From NCBI GenBank assembly GCA_963692945.1, contig OY843585.1, positions 1,380,001 through 1,412,000 of the forward strand: DNA of 32,000 nt, written 5' to 3'. The first letter of the stretch is position 1; the number at the start of each line of letters is the position of its first letter. The position numbers and the translations under genes were made by a program. This DNA comes from Bdellovibrionales bacterium. Lineage in GTDB: Bacteria; Bdellovibrionota; Bdellovibrionia; Bdellovibrionales; UBA1609. The notes beneath the pieces are model-generated. The model was not told where the DNA came from and searched no databases. It worked only from the letters and a program-made list of their open reading frames with translations. Shown here piece after piece: positions 1 to 7,021 of the stretch.

Positions 1-1284
1 ATTTTCATCGAAGGAATAAAGAAGAATATTTGATATAACTGGAGAAGTACTAGATCCTATAGGTAGAGGATAATCTTCATTTTTCAAAGAATTATCTTTG
101 AAAACTATATCACAAATCAACTTTTTATATCCTTTAAAATGATTTTTACTTTCTAAATATTTTAAGAAGTCTGATCTTTTTATAGATGAAAAAAAATTCT
201 TAAAATCTAATTTTAAAAGAAACTGATTTTTTTGATGTCGTTCTATATTTCTTCTTATACTGTTTTTTTTGATATAAGCTGTTGCAGATGTATGAACAGG
301 AAAAATATGGTTACAATCTAATATTCTTGTTTTTAATATTTTTTGTAAACTTTTTAGATTCTCATCTGGTTCTTTATAATGCTCTCTTTGAGAATATGAA
401 AAGCAGTCTGGACTTATAAAATTTTTGATATATTTTAATAGGATTAAATCACTTTCTTCCTCTCTTTCTGTTTGAATAATAGTATGATGTAAAATACTCA
501 TTTTATTTAATATAGAGCTATCACTTCTTATCAAGCTAAGGTATTTTGTTTGATTGAAATCAGTTTCTTCAACTATAAATTTAAAAGCTTTCAGCATTTT
601 TAGATGGTTATCTAATTTATCTATGTATTTAGTTAGTTTAGTATCTTTTTTAACCTCTTGATATATTTCCTCTTTAGTTTTCCATTCACATAAAATCCCT
701 ATAAGAAAAAAATATAGAGATGTTAAATTATTTGTATTTATTTCTATGTTATAATCTGCTTTATTTCTAAAATTAAAAATTTCTTTAAAAACTTTTTCTT
801 TATGGGATTCATTGCTTTGATCATAGTAAATAATTCTTTCTTTTTCTTTAAGAAATATATCTTCTAATATTGCTTTTTTTATAAATGAGTTTTTTTTACA
901 ATGTTTTTCATCTACTATAATAAGTAATTTCTTTTTTAACTTAGGATTGCAGAAAAAAGCTCCAGTTTCCACCAGTGCTCCATGACCTTCTAAAAAAATG
1001 GGAATAACTGAAGATAACTCTGCAATTTCCATCTCAAATTCAAATAAGTTATTATATCCAGCATTTTCTTCTTTTAAACATTTTTCCCATAAAGTTTCAA
1101 TTTGCTCTGCTAGGATAATTCTTTTGTCAGAAAAAATATTCTCATCGTCTTTGTTGGTAATGAAAACATCTTTATATGTAGATTTTACATGCTTAAGAAA
1201 TGCATTTCTCATAGAATCTGAACAATTAGAACCGCATAAAAATGCAGTATTAGGCAATCTACCTAAGATATGTTTTTTATTCAT
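1..1284 (-). CDS. Reverse transcriptase (retron/Abi-like defence-type RT) with ~320-aa N-terminal extension; partial, with the 3' part of the gene outside the window
   Basis: The minus-strand frame is open from ATG 1284..1282 (in-frame TAA directly upstream) to position 1, 428 codons. It is absent from the ORF track because it runs off the window edge. Hand translation of 300->1 gives PVHTSATAYIKKNSIRRNIERHQKNQFLLKLDFKNFFSSIKRSDF...YPLPIGSSTSPVISNILLYSFDEN. This matches RT motifs 1-3 as seen in retron/group-II-like RTs (xYxxxxS..N..xH, LDhKNFFxSI, LPxGxxTSPxxSN). The N-terminus reads MNKKHILGRLPNTAFLCGSN...AELSSVIPIFLEGHGALVETGAFF. The YxDD motif is not in the window. Confidence 0.7.
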   Translation of the reverse strand, partial: MNKKHILGRLPNTAFLCGSNCSDSMRNAFLKHVKSTYKDVFITNKDDENIFSDKRIILAEQIETLWEKCLKEENAGYNNLFEFEMEIAELSSVIPIFLEGHGALVETGAFFCNPKLKKKLLIIVDEKHCKKNSFIKKAILEDIFLKEKERIIYYDQSNESHKEKVFKEIFNFRNKADYNIEINTNNLTSLYFFLIGILCEWKTKEEIYQEVKKDTKLTKYIDKLDNHLKMLKAFKFIVEETDFNQTKYLSLIRSDSSILNKMSILHHTIIQTEREEESDLILLKYIKNFISPDCFSYSQREHYKEPDENLKSLQKILKTRILDCNHIFPVHTSATAYIKKNSIRRNIERHQKNQFLLKLDFKNFFSSIKRSDFLKYLESKNHFKGYKKLICDIVFKDNSLKNEDYPLPIGSSTSPVISNILLYSFDEN

Positions 1285-1641
1285 TTACAAACTCTATAAA
1301 AAATATAAAACCCCTCTTAATAAGGGGAAGTATATTGAAAACATGAAGTATTTAAAACTGTTTGCAGATATATTCTACCAACACATTAAAAATACTTTAT
1401 TACAAAATACCTGTCAAGATTAGTCGGAAAGTGACAAAAAAGTCAATGACCCTGTGATTGTATCTCTATAGCGATACCTTCTTTTAGATTTTTTTGCTAT
1501 TCTCTATCTTTAATAGATGTTGAAAGAAAGAAGGAAGTCCAAAAATTCCCCTTTTTTTTAATTCATATTTCTAATAGTTATAAGATGATTAAAAAAGAAC
1601 ATAAAAAAGGCTCTAATAAGTTTCAAAGAATATTGCGTTAA

Positions 1642-1800
1642 TTTTTGCAGTGATTGTGCAGTGATTAGACAGTGATTTTTTCGGAAATCACGAGATTTTG
1701 AATGAAATTGAAGGAAACTGGAGGAAAATCAAAGAGCCAGCTTTGTGGCTGGTTTTGTTGAATTTGAAAGCCCAATGCTTTCGTTTTTTTAAGTTTTTTT
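1642..1800 (+). repeat. Structured ~150-nt repeat element, copy 1 (candidate sRNA with intrinsic terminator)
   Basis: This segment is near-identical to 2675-2822. It contains CAGTGATT three times at ~11-nt spacing, a hairpin GTGATTT-TTTCGG-AAATCAC (1672-1691), a hairpin CCAGC-TTTGT-GGCTGG, and a plus-strand terminator GAAAGC-CCAAT-GCTTTC followed by G T7 (1766-1790). Confidence 0.45.
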
Positions 1801-1981
1801 AGGCTAGTTAAAAAGGCTTTTTTTTAAAGCAGAGGAACTCCTCTCTATTTTTAAACTTCTTTGCTTGGATATATTTTTTAGCTTTTAAAAAAGTTATAAA
1901 AGTTTTTCAAAATCTCTAGTAGCAACCACCAAGACTCGGGACACACAATGATTTCTTTAAAAAAACAACTTGAGTTATAAT

Positions 1982-2587
1982 TTAACGGCAATTAAAATTT
2001 CTACATTCTCCTACTGAATTTAATCTACCTACATCCGTTGGGTTACGAGTAGCACAGGAAATCGTATGAAAACCAGGTGAAGTTGTTGCAACAGGGGGCA
2101 GTCGTTGTATAGAGTTACAGCCCATTTGTCTACATGAACTCCCACCAGCATTTGTCCAAGTCTGATCAGTTGGCCAACGAAAAATCCGATAGGATAATTT
2201 CGAACAAGGTATAGGGAAGTTTGCTTTGATGACTTCAGCAAAAGAACCATGACTAGTGCCTCCCTGAGAGCCTTTTAGGCAAATATTAAAACTTTTTATA
2301 CTTTGTTCTAAACAAAACTGGATTCCAGCAGTTGGAACTATTCTGACTTGAAATTTGGTACAATTTGGGCAATTCACACCTATTTGATCTAAAGAGCTAC
2401 AATTACCTATATTGTTTAATATCAGGCAGTTTTCCAATGCTTTAACAACAGTTCTCGTAGATCTGAGAAGTGATTCTTGAGCTGTTGTTCTAACATATTT
2501 TATATACGCAGGAATCACAATAGCAGATAATACACCTATAATTCCTACTACGACTAAAACCTCTATAAAAGAATATCCTTTTTTCAT
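1982..2587 (-). CDS. Type IV pilin-like protein (prepilin N-terminal cleavage/methylation domain), Cys-rich
   Basis: The N-terminus MKKG|YSFIEVLVVVGIIGVLSAIVIPAY has Gly-1, Glu+5 and a hydrophobic alpha1-N helix. The C-terminal half has many Cys and shares the ..GCN.. architecture with the other three pilins. Confidence 0.8.
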   Translation of the reverse strand: MKKGYSFIEVLVVVGIIGVLSAIVIPAYIKYVRTTAQESLLRSTRTVVKALENCLILNNIGNCSSLDQIGVNCPNCTKFQVRIVPTAGIQFCLEQSIKSFNICLKGSQGGTSHGSFAEVIKANFPIPCSKLSYRIFRWPTDQTWTNAGGSSCRQMGCNSIQRLPPVATTSPGFHTISCATRNPTDVGRLNSVGECRNFNCR

Positions 2588-2674
2588 TTGATTTCAAATT
2601 CTTTAAACTTTTTACTAGATTTTTTCTTCATTTTATAAAAAAAATAACAAAGTATTGTAAAATATCTCTGCATT

Positions 2675-2822
2675 ATTTTTGCAGTGATTGTGCGGTGATC
2701 TTTTCGGAAATCACGAGAGTTTGAATGAAATTGAAGGAAAACTGAGGAAAACTAAAAGCTAATATCGTGGTTGATTTTTGTTGAATTTGAAAGCCCAATG
2801 CTTTCGTTTTTTTAAGTTTTTT
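2675..2822 (+). repeat. Structured ~150-nt repeat element, copy 2
   Basis: This is the same element as 1642-1800, with an 11-nt deletion removing one CAGTGATT unit. The terminator GAAAGC-CCAAT-GCTTTC G T7 lies at 2789-2813. It is followed by a 9-bp hairpin AAGGGCTTC-N8-GAAGCCCTT (about 2827-2852). The 65-aa minus-strand ORF 2673..2870 inside it is not conserved in copy 1. Confidence 0.45.
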
Positions 2823-2903
2823 AGTTAAGGGCTTCTCTAAAAGGAAGCCCTTTGATTTATAAAATTTCATTATTTACAAGTACTAACTAATAAATAGAAG
2901 TTA

Positions 2904-3506
2904 TTAAGTACAAGTTCCAGTAGAACTACCACACGTTCCACCAGAAATATATGTTCCAACACAAGTTCCACCAGTAGCAGGAGTTCCTGTTCCTGCTGTA
3001 GAAGTACAACCAGATGGAACTGGGGAAGTACAACCTAAAGCAGAATCTTGTAGATTCGAACATTGATTAGGCTTCCAGTTATTAGCAAGTGAAGAAGCTC
3101 CAGTTGTTGTAGCTATCTGAACACAAGTTTTTGCCGTTGTACCACCTATCTCTGCTTCTGCTGCTACACAAAAAGTATTAGCACCTACACCCACACGTGC
3201 ATTATTTGTTGTACTATCAATACAAGCTTCACAATTTATTCCTATAGCAGAGAGAGTTTGACAACTCGAAAAACCACTAACAGTTAAACAAGCTTGAAAA
3301 GCCTTACTTATATTATGCATTGAACCCAGTAAACTTTGTTGAGCTGCATTCGTTTGATACTTCTGATAGGCTGGTATCGCTACAGCAGCTAATACACCTA
3401 TAATAGCTACAACCACTAAAAGTTCTATCAAGGAAAACCCTTTTTTCCTATTTTGTTTTTTGTTCTTATTTGAAGGCTTGAACCAGCCTATTATTTTTAA
3501 GTCCAT
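2904..3506 (-). CDS. Type IV pilin-like protein with long (23-aa) leader and Cys/Gly/Thr-rich C-terminus
   Basis: The sequence ...KKQNRKKG|FSLIELLVVVAIIGVLAAVAIPAYQKY is a canonical prepilin motif. A strong RBS AAGGAGG lies upstream on the minus strand. The C-terminus is CTSPVPSGCTSTAGTGTPATGGTCVGTYISGGTCGSSTGTCT. Confidence 0.85.
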   Translation of the reverse strand: MDLKIIGWFKPSNKNKKQNRKKGFSLIELLVVVAIIGVLAAVAIPAYQKYQTNAAQQSLLGSMHNISKAFQACLTVSGFSSCQTLSAIGINCEACIDSTTNNARVGVGANTFCVAAEAEIGGTTAKTCVQIATTTGASSLANNWKPNQCSNLQDSALGCTSPVPSGCTSTAGTGTPATGGTCVGTYISGGTCGSSTGTCT

Positions 3507-3779
3507 ATAAGACCTCCTTTTATTGTAAGAGAAATTAAAAATCTAATCCCTGTATATAAAATGATTATTAAGCTTTGGATTAAAATCAATACAAAACTTA
3601 TAAAGCAATGCAAAAAACTTAAGTTTATGTCATTTACCCGACCATTTTATGAACATTCTTTTAATTCAAACCGACCAATTTCTAAACGATCCTAAATTAA
3701 ATAAGGTTTGCCATAAAGTTTTCAGACTATCGTCCGATAAGTGAATCTAGTAACATAACAACAAACCAAAGGAGTAAAA

Positions 3780-3962
3780 ATGGAAATCAAAGAGAAAATT
3801 TTAAACAGAAACAAAGTAGAGGATGTTAGAGAAGTAATGTTAAATTCAATTCTCAAATGTTCTCAAGCTATTTCTGTCTCTCAAAATAATGACTTGTTAA
3901 GTAAATCAAAAGCACTAAAAGAATTATCAGAAGCTTTTTCTTACTTAAAGAATTTTAACTAG
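3780..3962 (+). CDS. Small hypothetical protein (60 aa, predicted helical)
   Basis: An AAAGGAG RBS precedes the ATG. It shares the conserved leader box GTCCGATAAGTGAATCTAGTAACA with the next gene. Confidence 0.5.
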   Translation: MEIKEKILNRNKVEDVREVMLNSILKCSQAISVSQNNDLLSKSKALKELSEAFSYLKNFN

Positions 3963-4004
3963 TCCGATAAATGAAGTTAGTAACAAAAAAACAAAGGAGA
4001 CAAT

Positions 4005-4235
4005 ATGAAAAGAGTAGGAATCACATCAAACCTTGAACAGCGAAGACAAGATTGGGAAAACAGTGTAGTTGGTCTTACAAACTGGCAAGTTCGCGATAGA
4101 AGCTTAACATATGATCAAGCTCAAGCTAGAGAAAATGAATTCATAAATAGAGGCTATGAAGGACATGGTGGTGGTGAAAGAAAGTTAGGTTATATATATA
4201 GTGTTTATACTTTTGAATACATTAGGAAAAAGTAA
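4005..4235 (+). CDS. Small protein with GIY-YIG-like motif (tentative)
   Basis: An AAAGGAG RBS is present. VGITSNLEQRRQDW resembles the Y(V/I)GxTxNLxxRxxxH segment of GIY-YIG/UPF0213 proteins. The conserved Glu-containing helix would be AQARENEFI. A GYIYSVY string sits at the C-terminus rather than the N-terminus. Confidence 0.4.
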   Translation: MKRVGITSNLEQRRQDWENSVVGLTNWQVRDRSLTYDQAQARENEFINRGYEGHGGGERKLGYIYSVYTFEYIRKK

Positions 4236-4256
4236 CAACAAAACAAAGGAGTTAAA

Positions 4257-4487
4257 ATGTCAGTGAAAAAGAAAAAAAAGAACCGACAATTAAACACAGA
4301 TAAGGGTGCAATAATAGGAGCAGGAACGGGAACTGTCTTAGGTTTAGCTAAGGGTGGTGCTATAGGGATCGCTAGCTTTGGTGGGGCTATCGGGTTGCCT
4401 TTAGTAGTTGCAGGAGCTGTTGTCGGTTTAGGTGTAGGTTGGACAGCTACTTATGCCTTTAATAAAATGAAAAAAAAGAAATCATAA
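4257..4487 (+). CDS. Glycine-zipper small membrane protein with Lys-rich tails
   Basis: An AAGGAG RBS is present. The core is GAIIGAGTGTVLGLAKGGAIGIASFGGAIGLPLVVAGAVVGLGVGW, flanked by KKKKKN and KMKKKKS. Confidence 0.6.
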   Translation: MSVKKKKKNRQLNTDKGAIIGAGTGTVLGLAKGGAIGIASFGGAIGLPLVVAGAVVGLGVGWTATYAFNKMKKKKS

Positions 4488-4508
4488 TCAAAACAAAGTA
4501 GTTAAAGA

Positions 4509-4901
4509 ATGAAAAAACTAATAATAATTTTAATGGTGTTTTGTTTTCAAGGGTTTGGGAAGGCTAAAGCTAAGACTAGTGTGGCTAATCCTTTAAGATC
4601 AAGTGATTGTGTTTTCACCTATGCTGAACTTGGGATTGAATATAACCCTGAACATTATAGATGCAATGTAAGTTTTAATAGTTATAGAATAACTTTAGAT
4701 AAGAGATGTAGTGTGATTGGTGATTTTTATGGTGATTGTTTGAGTTCATCTCCAGGAGTAAAAAGATTAAGTGAAAAAAAATGCAAAAAAATAAAGAAGT
4801 TTATTTCAAAGTGTAATGGAATAGCAAAGAAAAAGAGTAAAGAAAGTCAGAAGAAAGCAGAAAAGAATCTTGAAAAAATTGTAGATAGTTTAGAGATTTA
4901 A
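4509..4901 (+). CDS. Secreted Cys-rich protein with Lys-rich C-terminal tail, function unknown
   Basis: There is an N-terminal signal-like segment MKKLIIILMVFCFQGFGKAKA. The mature part has 7 Cys, and the tail is KKCKKIKKFISKCNGIAKKKSKESQKKAEK. Confidence 0.5.
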   Translation: MKKLIIILMVFCFQGFGKAKAKTSVANPLRSSDCVFTYAELGIEYNPEHYRCNVSFNSYRITLDKRCSVIGDFYGDCLSSSPGVKRLSEKKCKKIKKFISKCNGIAKKKSKESQKKAEKNLEKIVDSLEI

Positions 4902-4918
4902 TAAACAAAGGAGTTAAA

Positions 4919-5029
4919 ATGTCAGTGAAAAAGAAAAAAAAGAACCAACAATTAAAAACAGAAAAGGGTGCAATAGTAGGAGCAGGAACGGGAGCTGTCT
5001 TAGGTTTAGCTAAAGGTGGTGCTGGCTGA
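4919..5029 (+). pseudogene. Truncated duplicate of the glycine-zipper gene (36 codons)
   Basis: 4905-5027 duplicates 4243-4365 (leader plus the first ~36 codons) with a few substitutions. Homology breaks after GGTGGTGCT, and the frame ends at TGA 5027-5029, at the start of the tandem repeats next to the tRNA fragment. Confidence 0.7.
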
Positions 5030-5178
5030 AAATTCTTAAAAGACAGGCAAGGGTCAAAATAATAAAAGGTTTATGAGTGGTGCTGGTTGAAAATTCTTAA
5101 AAGACAGGTAAGGGTTTCTTAAAAGACAGGCAAGGGTCAAAACAACAAAAATCTTTATGAGTGATACTGGTTGTCAAA
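5018..5178. repeat. Tandem ~61-nt repeat (about 2.3 units, with an internal 22-nt duplication) abutting the tRNA-Asp fragment
   Basis: Unit 1 is 5018-5078: GGTGCTGGCTGAAAATTCTTAAAAGACAGGCAAGGGTCAAAATAATAAAAGGTTTATGAGT. Unit 2 is 5079-5162 and carries TTCTTAAAAGACAGG(C/T)AAGGGT twice. A partial third unit, GATACTGGTTG, follows. Confidence 0.75.
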
Positions 5179-5243
5179 TGGCAGGAGTGGACGGGTTTTG
5201 AACCCGCGACCTCTGGCGTGACAGGTCGGCGTTCTAACCAGCT
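5179..5243 (-). pseudogene. Degenerate 3' fragment of tRNA-Asp (att-like direct repeat, distal island boundary)
   Basis: TGGCAGGAGTGGACGGGTTTTGAACCCGCGACCTCTGGCGTGACAGGTCGGCGTTCTAACCAGCT aligns to 13705-13768 of the intact tRNA-Asp, covering CCA end through D-arm. There are about 7 mismatches and 1 indel. The T-loop and anticodon stem are disrupted, and the 5' acceptor/D-stem part is missing. Confidence 0.8.
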
Positions 5244-5394
5244 TTATAAATAAAACCAGACCTTTATTATTTTTTTGTTGAAAAGACTTTATGTTTTATG
5301 TAAATTCTCCGAAGGTAATAATATACAAGGCTCTATCTTCCTTATTCCCAAGCTTGATAATCTGGTGAGGGTTGGCAGAGGAGCCATTTTTTTT

Positions 5395-6015
5395 ATGCAA
5401 AGAATAGCTTTTATTGTTGATGGTGGATATTTTTGCAAGAGATACAAAGTAAGATATAAAAAATATCCAAATGCAAATGATGTTGAGAAGTATATCACCT
5501 CTATTTTTAAGTATATAAAAAAAGAAAACTCTATACAAAATCTAGAAATATATAGAGTCTTTTATTACGATTGTCCTCCTATTGAGGTTGATTTTCTAAT
5601 ATCAAAATTAGAGAATAAGCAAATATCTACTGAAGATATGGAAAGGTTCTCTGATTATTACAAAGAACAACATAACAACATGAGAAATTTTCATAACAAT
5701 CTAAAAAGAAAAAACTATTTTGCTCTAAGAATGGGCATTTTGCAATTTAAAGGAATAAATGAAAAGTATAAAAAACCGATATTGAATCAAAAAGGAGTAG
5801 ATATGAGGATTGGTTTAGATATAGCTGATATAACTAGTAAAAAATTATGTTCTAAAATTGTTTTAATCTCAGGTGATACGGATATGATTCCAGCTATGAA
5901 AAAAGCAAGAAAAGAAGGCATCCATGTTTATTTGGATATTATGAACGATGCTAAATATACTCTTGATCTTGTTACTCATTCAGATGTCATTTTGAAAAAT
6001 AAAAGATTCATATAG
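5395..6015 (+). CDS. NYN-domain (LabA/DUF88-like) predicted RNase
   Basis: MQRIAFIVDGGYF... is a typical NYN N-terminus, and GVDMRIGLDIADI...IVLISGDTDMIPAMKKARKEGIHVY provides the acidic motifs. I chose ATG 5395 (GAGGAG upstream) over the track's TTG 5275, because the extra 40 aa start inside the att region and look non-coding. Confidence 0.7.
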   Translation: MQRIAFIVDGGYFCKRYKVRYKKYPNANDVEKYITSIFKYIKKENSIQNLEIYRVFYYDCPPIEVDFLISKLENKQISTEDMERFSDYYKEQHNNMRNFHNNLKRKNYFALRMGILQFKGINEKYKKPILNQKGVDMRIGLDIADITSKKLCSKIVLISGDTDMIPAMKKARKEGIHVYLDIMNDAKYTLDLVTHSDVILKNKRFI

Positions 6016-6109
6016 ATTACTGGGTAATATAAAACGCAACGCAAAACACTATTTAAAAATCAAAGAAAAATAAAAAATTATTTATTGAAGTCATCTTGAC
6101 TTTAATTAA

Positions 6110-6556
6110 ATGAACACCACATTAAATGGCATGATAGAAAAAGATTATTTAACTGACCGCTTAGATGACCAAATTAGATGGTATTCTTCAAAAAGTTCGA
6201 AGTGTAAAAAATGGTTTCTAATAATGCGTACGTTCGAAATCACTATTGCTGCTATTATTCCAGTGCTATTCTACCTTCCTGTCAAAAGTAGCATTCCATT
6301 CCTTAGTGCAATTATTATAATTTTAGTCAGTTTAATCAGTTTGTTTAAATTTCACGAAAATTGGCTTTTATATAGAACAACTAGCGAATCTCTAAAGCAC
6401 GAAAAATATCTCTATCTCACAAATACCAAACCATACAATAGAGAAAATAAACTGGTGATACTTGTACAAAATGTGGAAGAGATTATATCTTCAGAAAATA
6501 GTTTATGGAAACAAAAAACTTTATCTAATAACAATGAAGGAGGGTTAAGTAGATGA
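6110..6556 (+). CDS. SLATT-type (DUF4231-like) two-TM predicted effector
   Basis: LDDQIRWYSSKSSKCKKWF is followed by two hydrophobic helices (FEITIAAIIPVLFYL and FLSAIIIILVSLISLF). Then comes HENWLLYRTTSESLKHEKYLYL, the pattern I recall for DUF4231/SLATT. Confidence 0.65.
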   Translation: MNTTLNGMIEKDYLTDRLDDQIRWYSSKSSKCKKWFLIMRTFEITIAAIIPVLFYLPVKSSIPFLSAIIIILVSLISLFKFHENWLLYRTTSESLKHEKYLYLTNTKPYNRENKLVILVQNVEEIISSENSLWKQKTLSNNNEGGLSR

Positions 6557-7020
6557 AAATATTTATTAGTTACGACTATAGCAACGATGGGAAATACAAA
6601 AATATGCTTCTTGCTTGGGATGGAAATAAAAAATTTGACTTTAATTTCCATGATACTTCTGCTGATGTATCTATTAATAGTCATGATGCTGGCGTAATCA
6701 AAAGAGCTATTTCTGCAAAAATTAATGAGTCTGATATCGTTATTTGTATTATTGGAAATCAAACTCACAAGAGTAAATGGGTAGAGTGGGAAATAAACAA
6801 AACTGTCGATCTCAAAAAACCTATTGTTGCAGTAAAATTAGACACGAAATTTAAATCTCCGAATGTAATTCAAAATGTTGGTGCTAAATGGGCAATGACT
6901 TTTGATTTTGAATCGATCAAAAAAGCTATTGAGTTGCACCACTCCCAACCTAGCTTTACCATAAATAAGGGAGCAGCTGGTAATCCAAGTACACCCCCTC
7001 CTCCCCCTTGGAGTTACTAA
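6553..7020 (+). CDS. TIR-like domain protein (DUF1863 / ThsB-type)
   Basis: The start overlaps the SLATT stop (ATGA). MKIFISYDYSNDG..., SDIVICIIGNQTHKSKWVEWEINK and KPIVAVKL match the TIR-like (MTH538/DUF1863) pattern. The tail is Pro-rich (STPPPPPWSY). Confidence 0.65.
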   Translation: MKIFISYDYSNDGKYKNMLLAWDGNKKFDFNFHDTSADVSINSHDAGVIKRAISAKINESDIVICIIGNQTHKSKWVEWEINKTVDLKKPIVAVKLDTKFKSPNVIQNVGAKWAMTFDFESIKKAIELHHSQPSFTINKGAAGNPSTPPPPPWSY

Positions 7021-7021
7021 T

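Noticed and set aside
998-1423. 141-aa plus-strand ORF from the track
   Set aside because: It lies antisense to the minus-strand RT gene (1-1284), which has clear RT motifs. The plus-strand peptide is low-complexity with no RBS. It is a shadow ORF.
1285-1620. Definite retron msr/msd annotation
   Set aside because: Only short, imperfect complementary G/C islands and small hairpins are visible. No clear a1/a2 pair with a branching-G context could be defined by eye. This is reported as a hypothesis, not a feature.
2673-2870. 65-aa minus-strand ORF inside repeat copy 2
   Set aside because: The homologous copy 1 (1642-1800) has no equivalent ORF in the track. Conservation is at the nucleotide and structure level, so it is not coding.
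5275-5394. TTG-initiated 40-aa N-terminal extension of the NYN ORF
   Set aside because: The extension begins about 30 nt after the tRNA fragment. NYN proteins typically begin M-x-R-x-A-x-F-(I/V)-D-G, which matches ATG 5395 with an upstream GAGGAG.
5289-5538. Minus-strand ORFs 5289..5498 and 5296..5538, and the similar 12421..12603
   Set aside because: They are antisense shadows. Their mutual peptide similarity (..PPS(T)IKAIL(C/Y)IKK..) simply reflects the NYN 5'-end DNA repeat.
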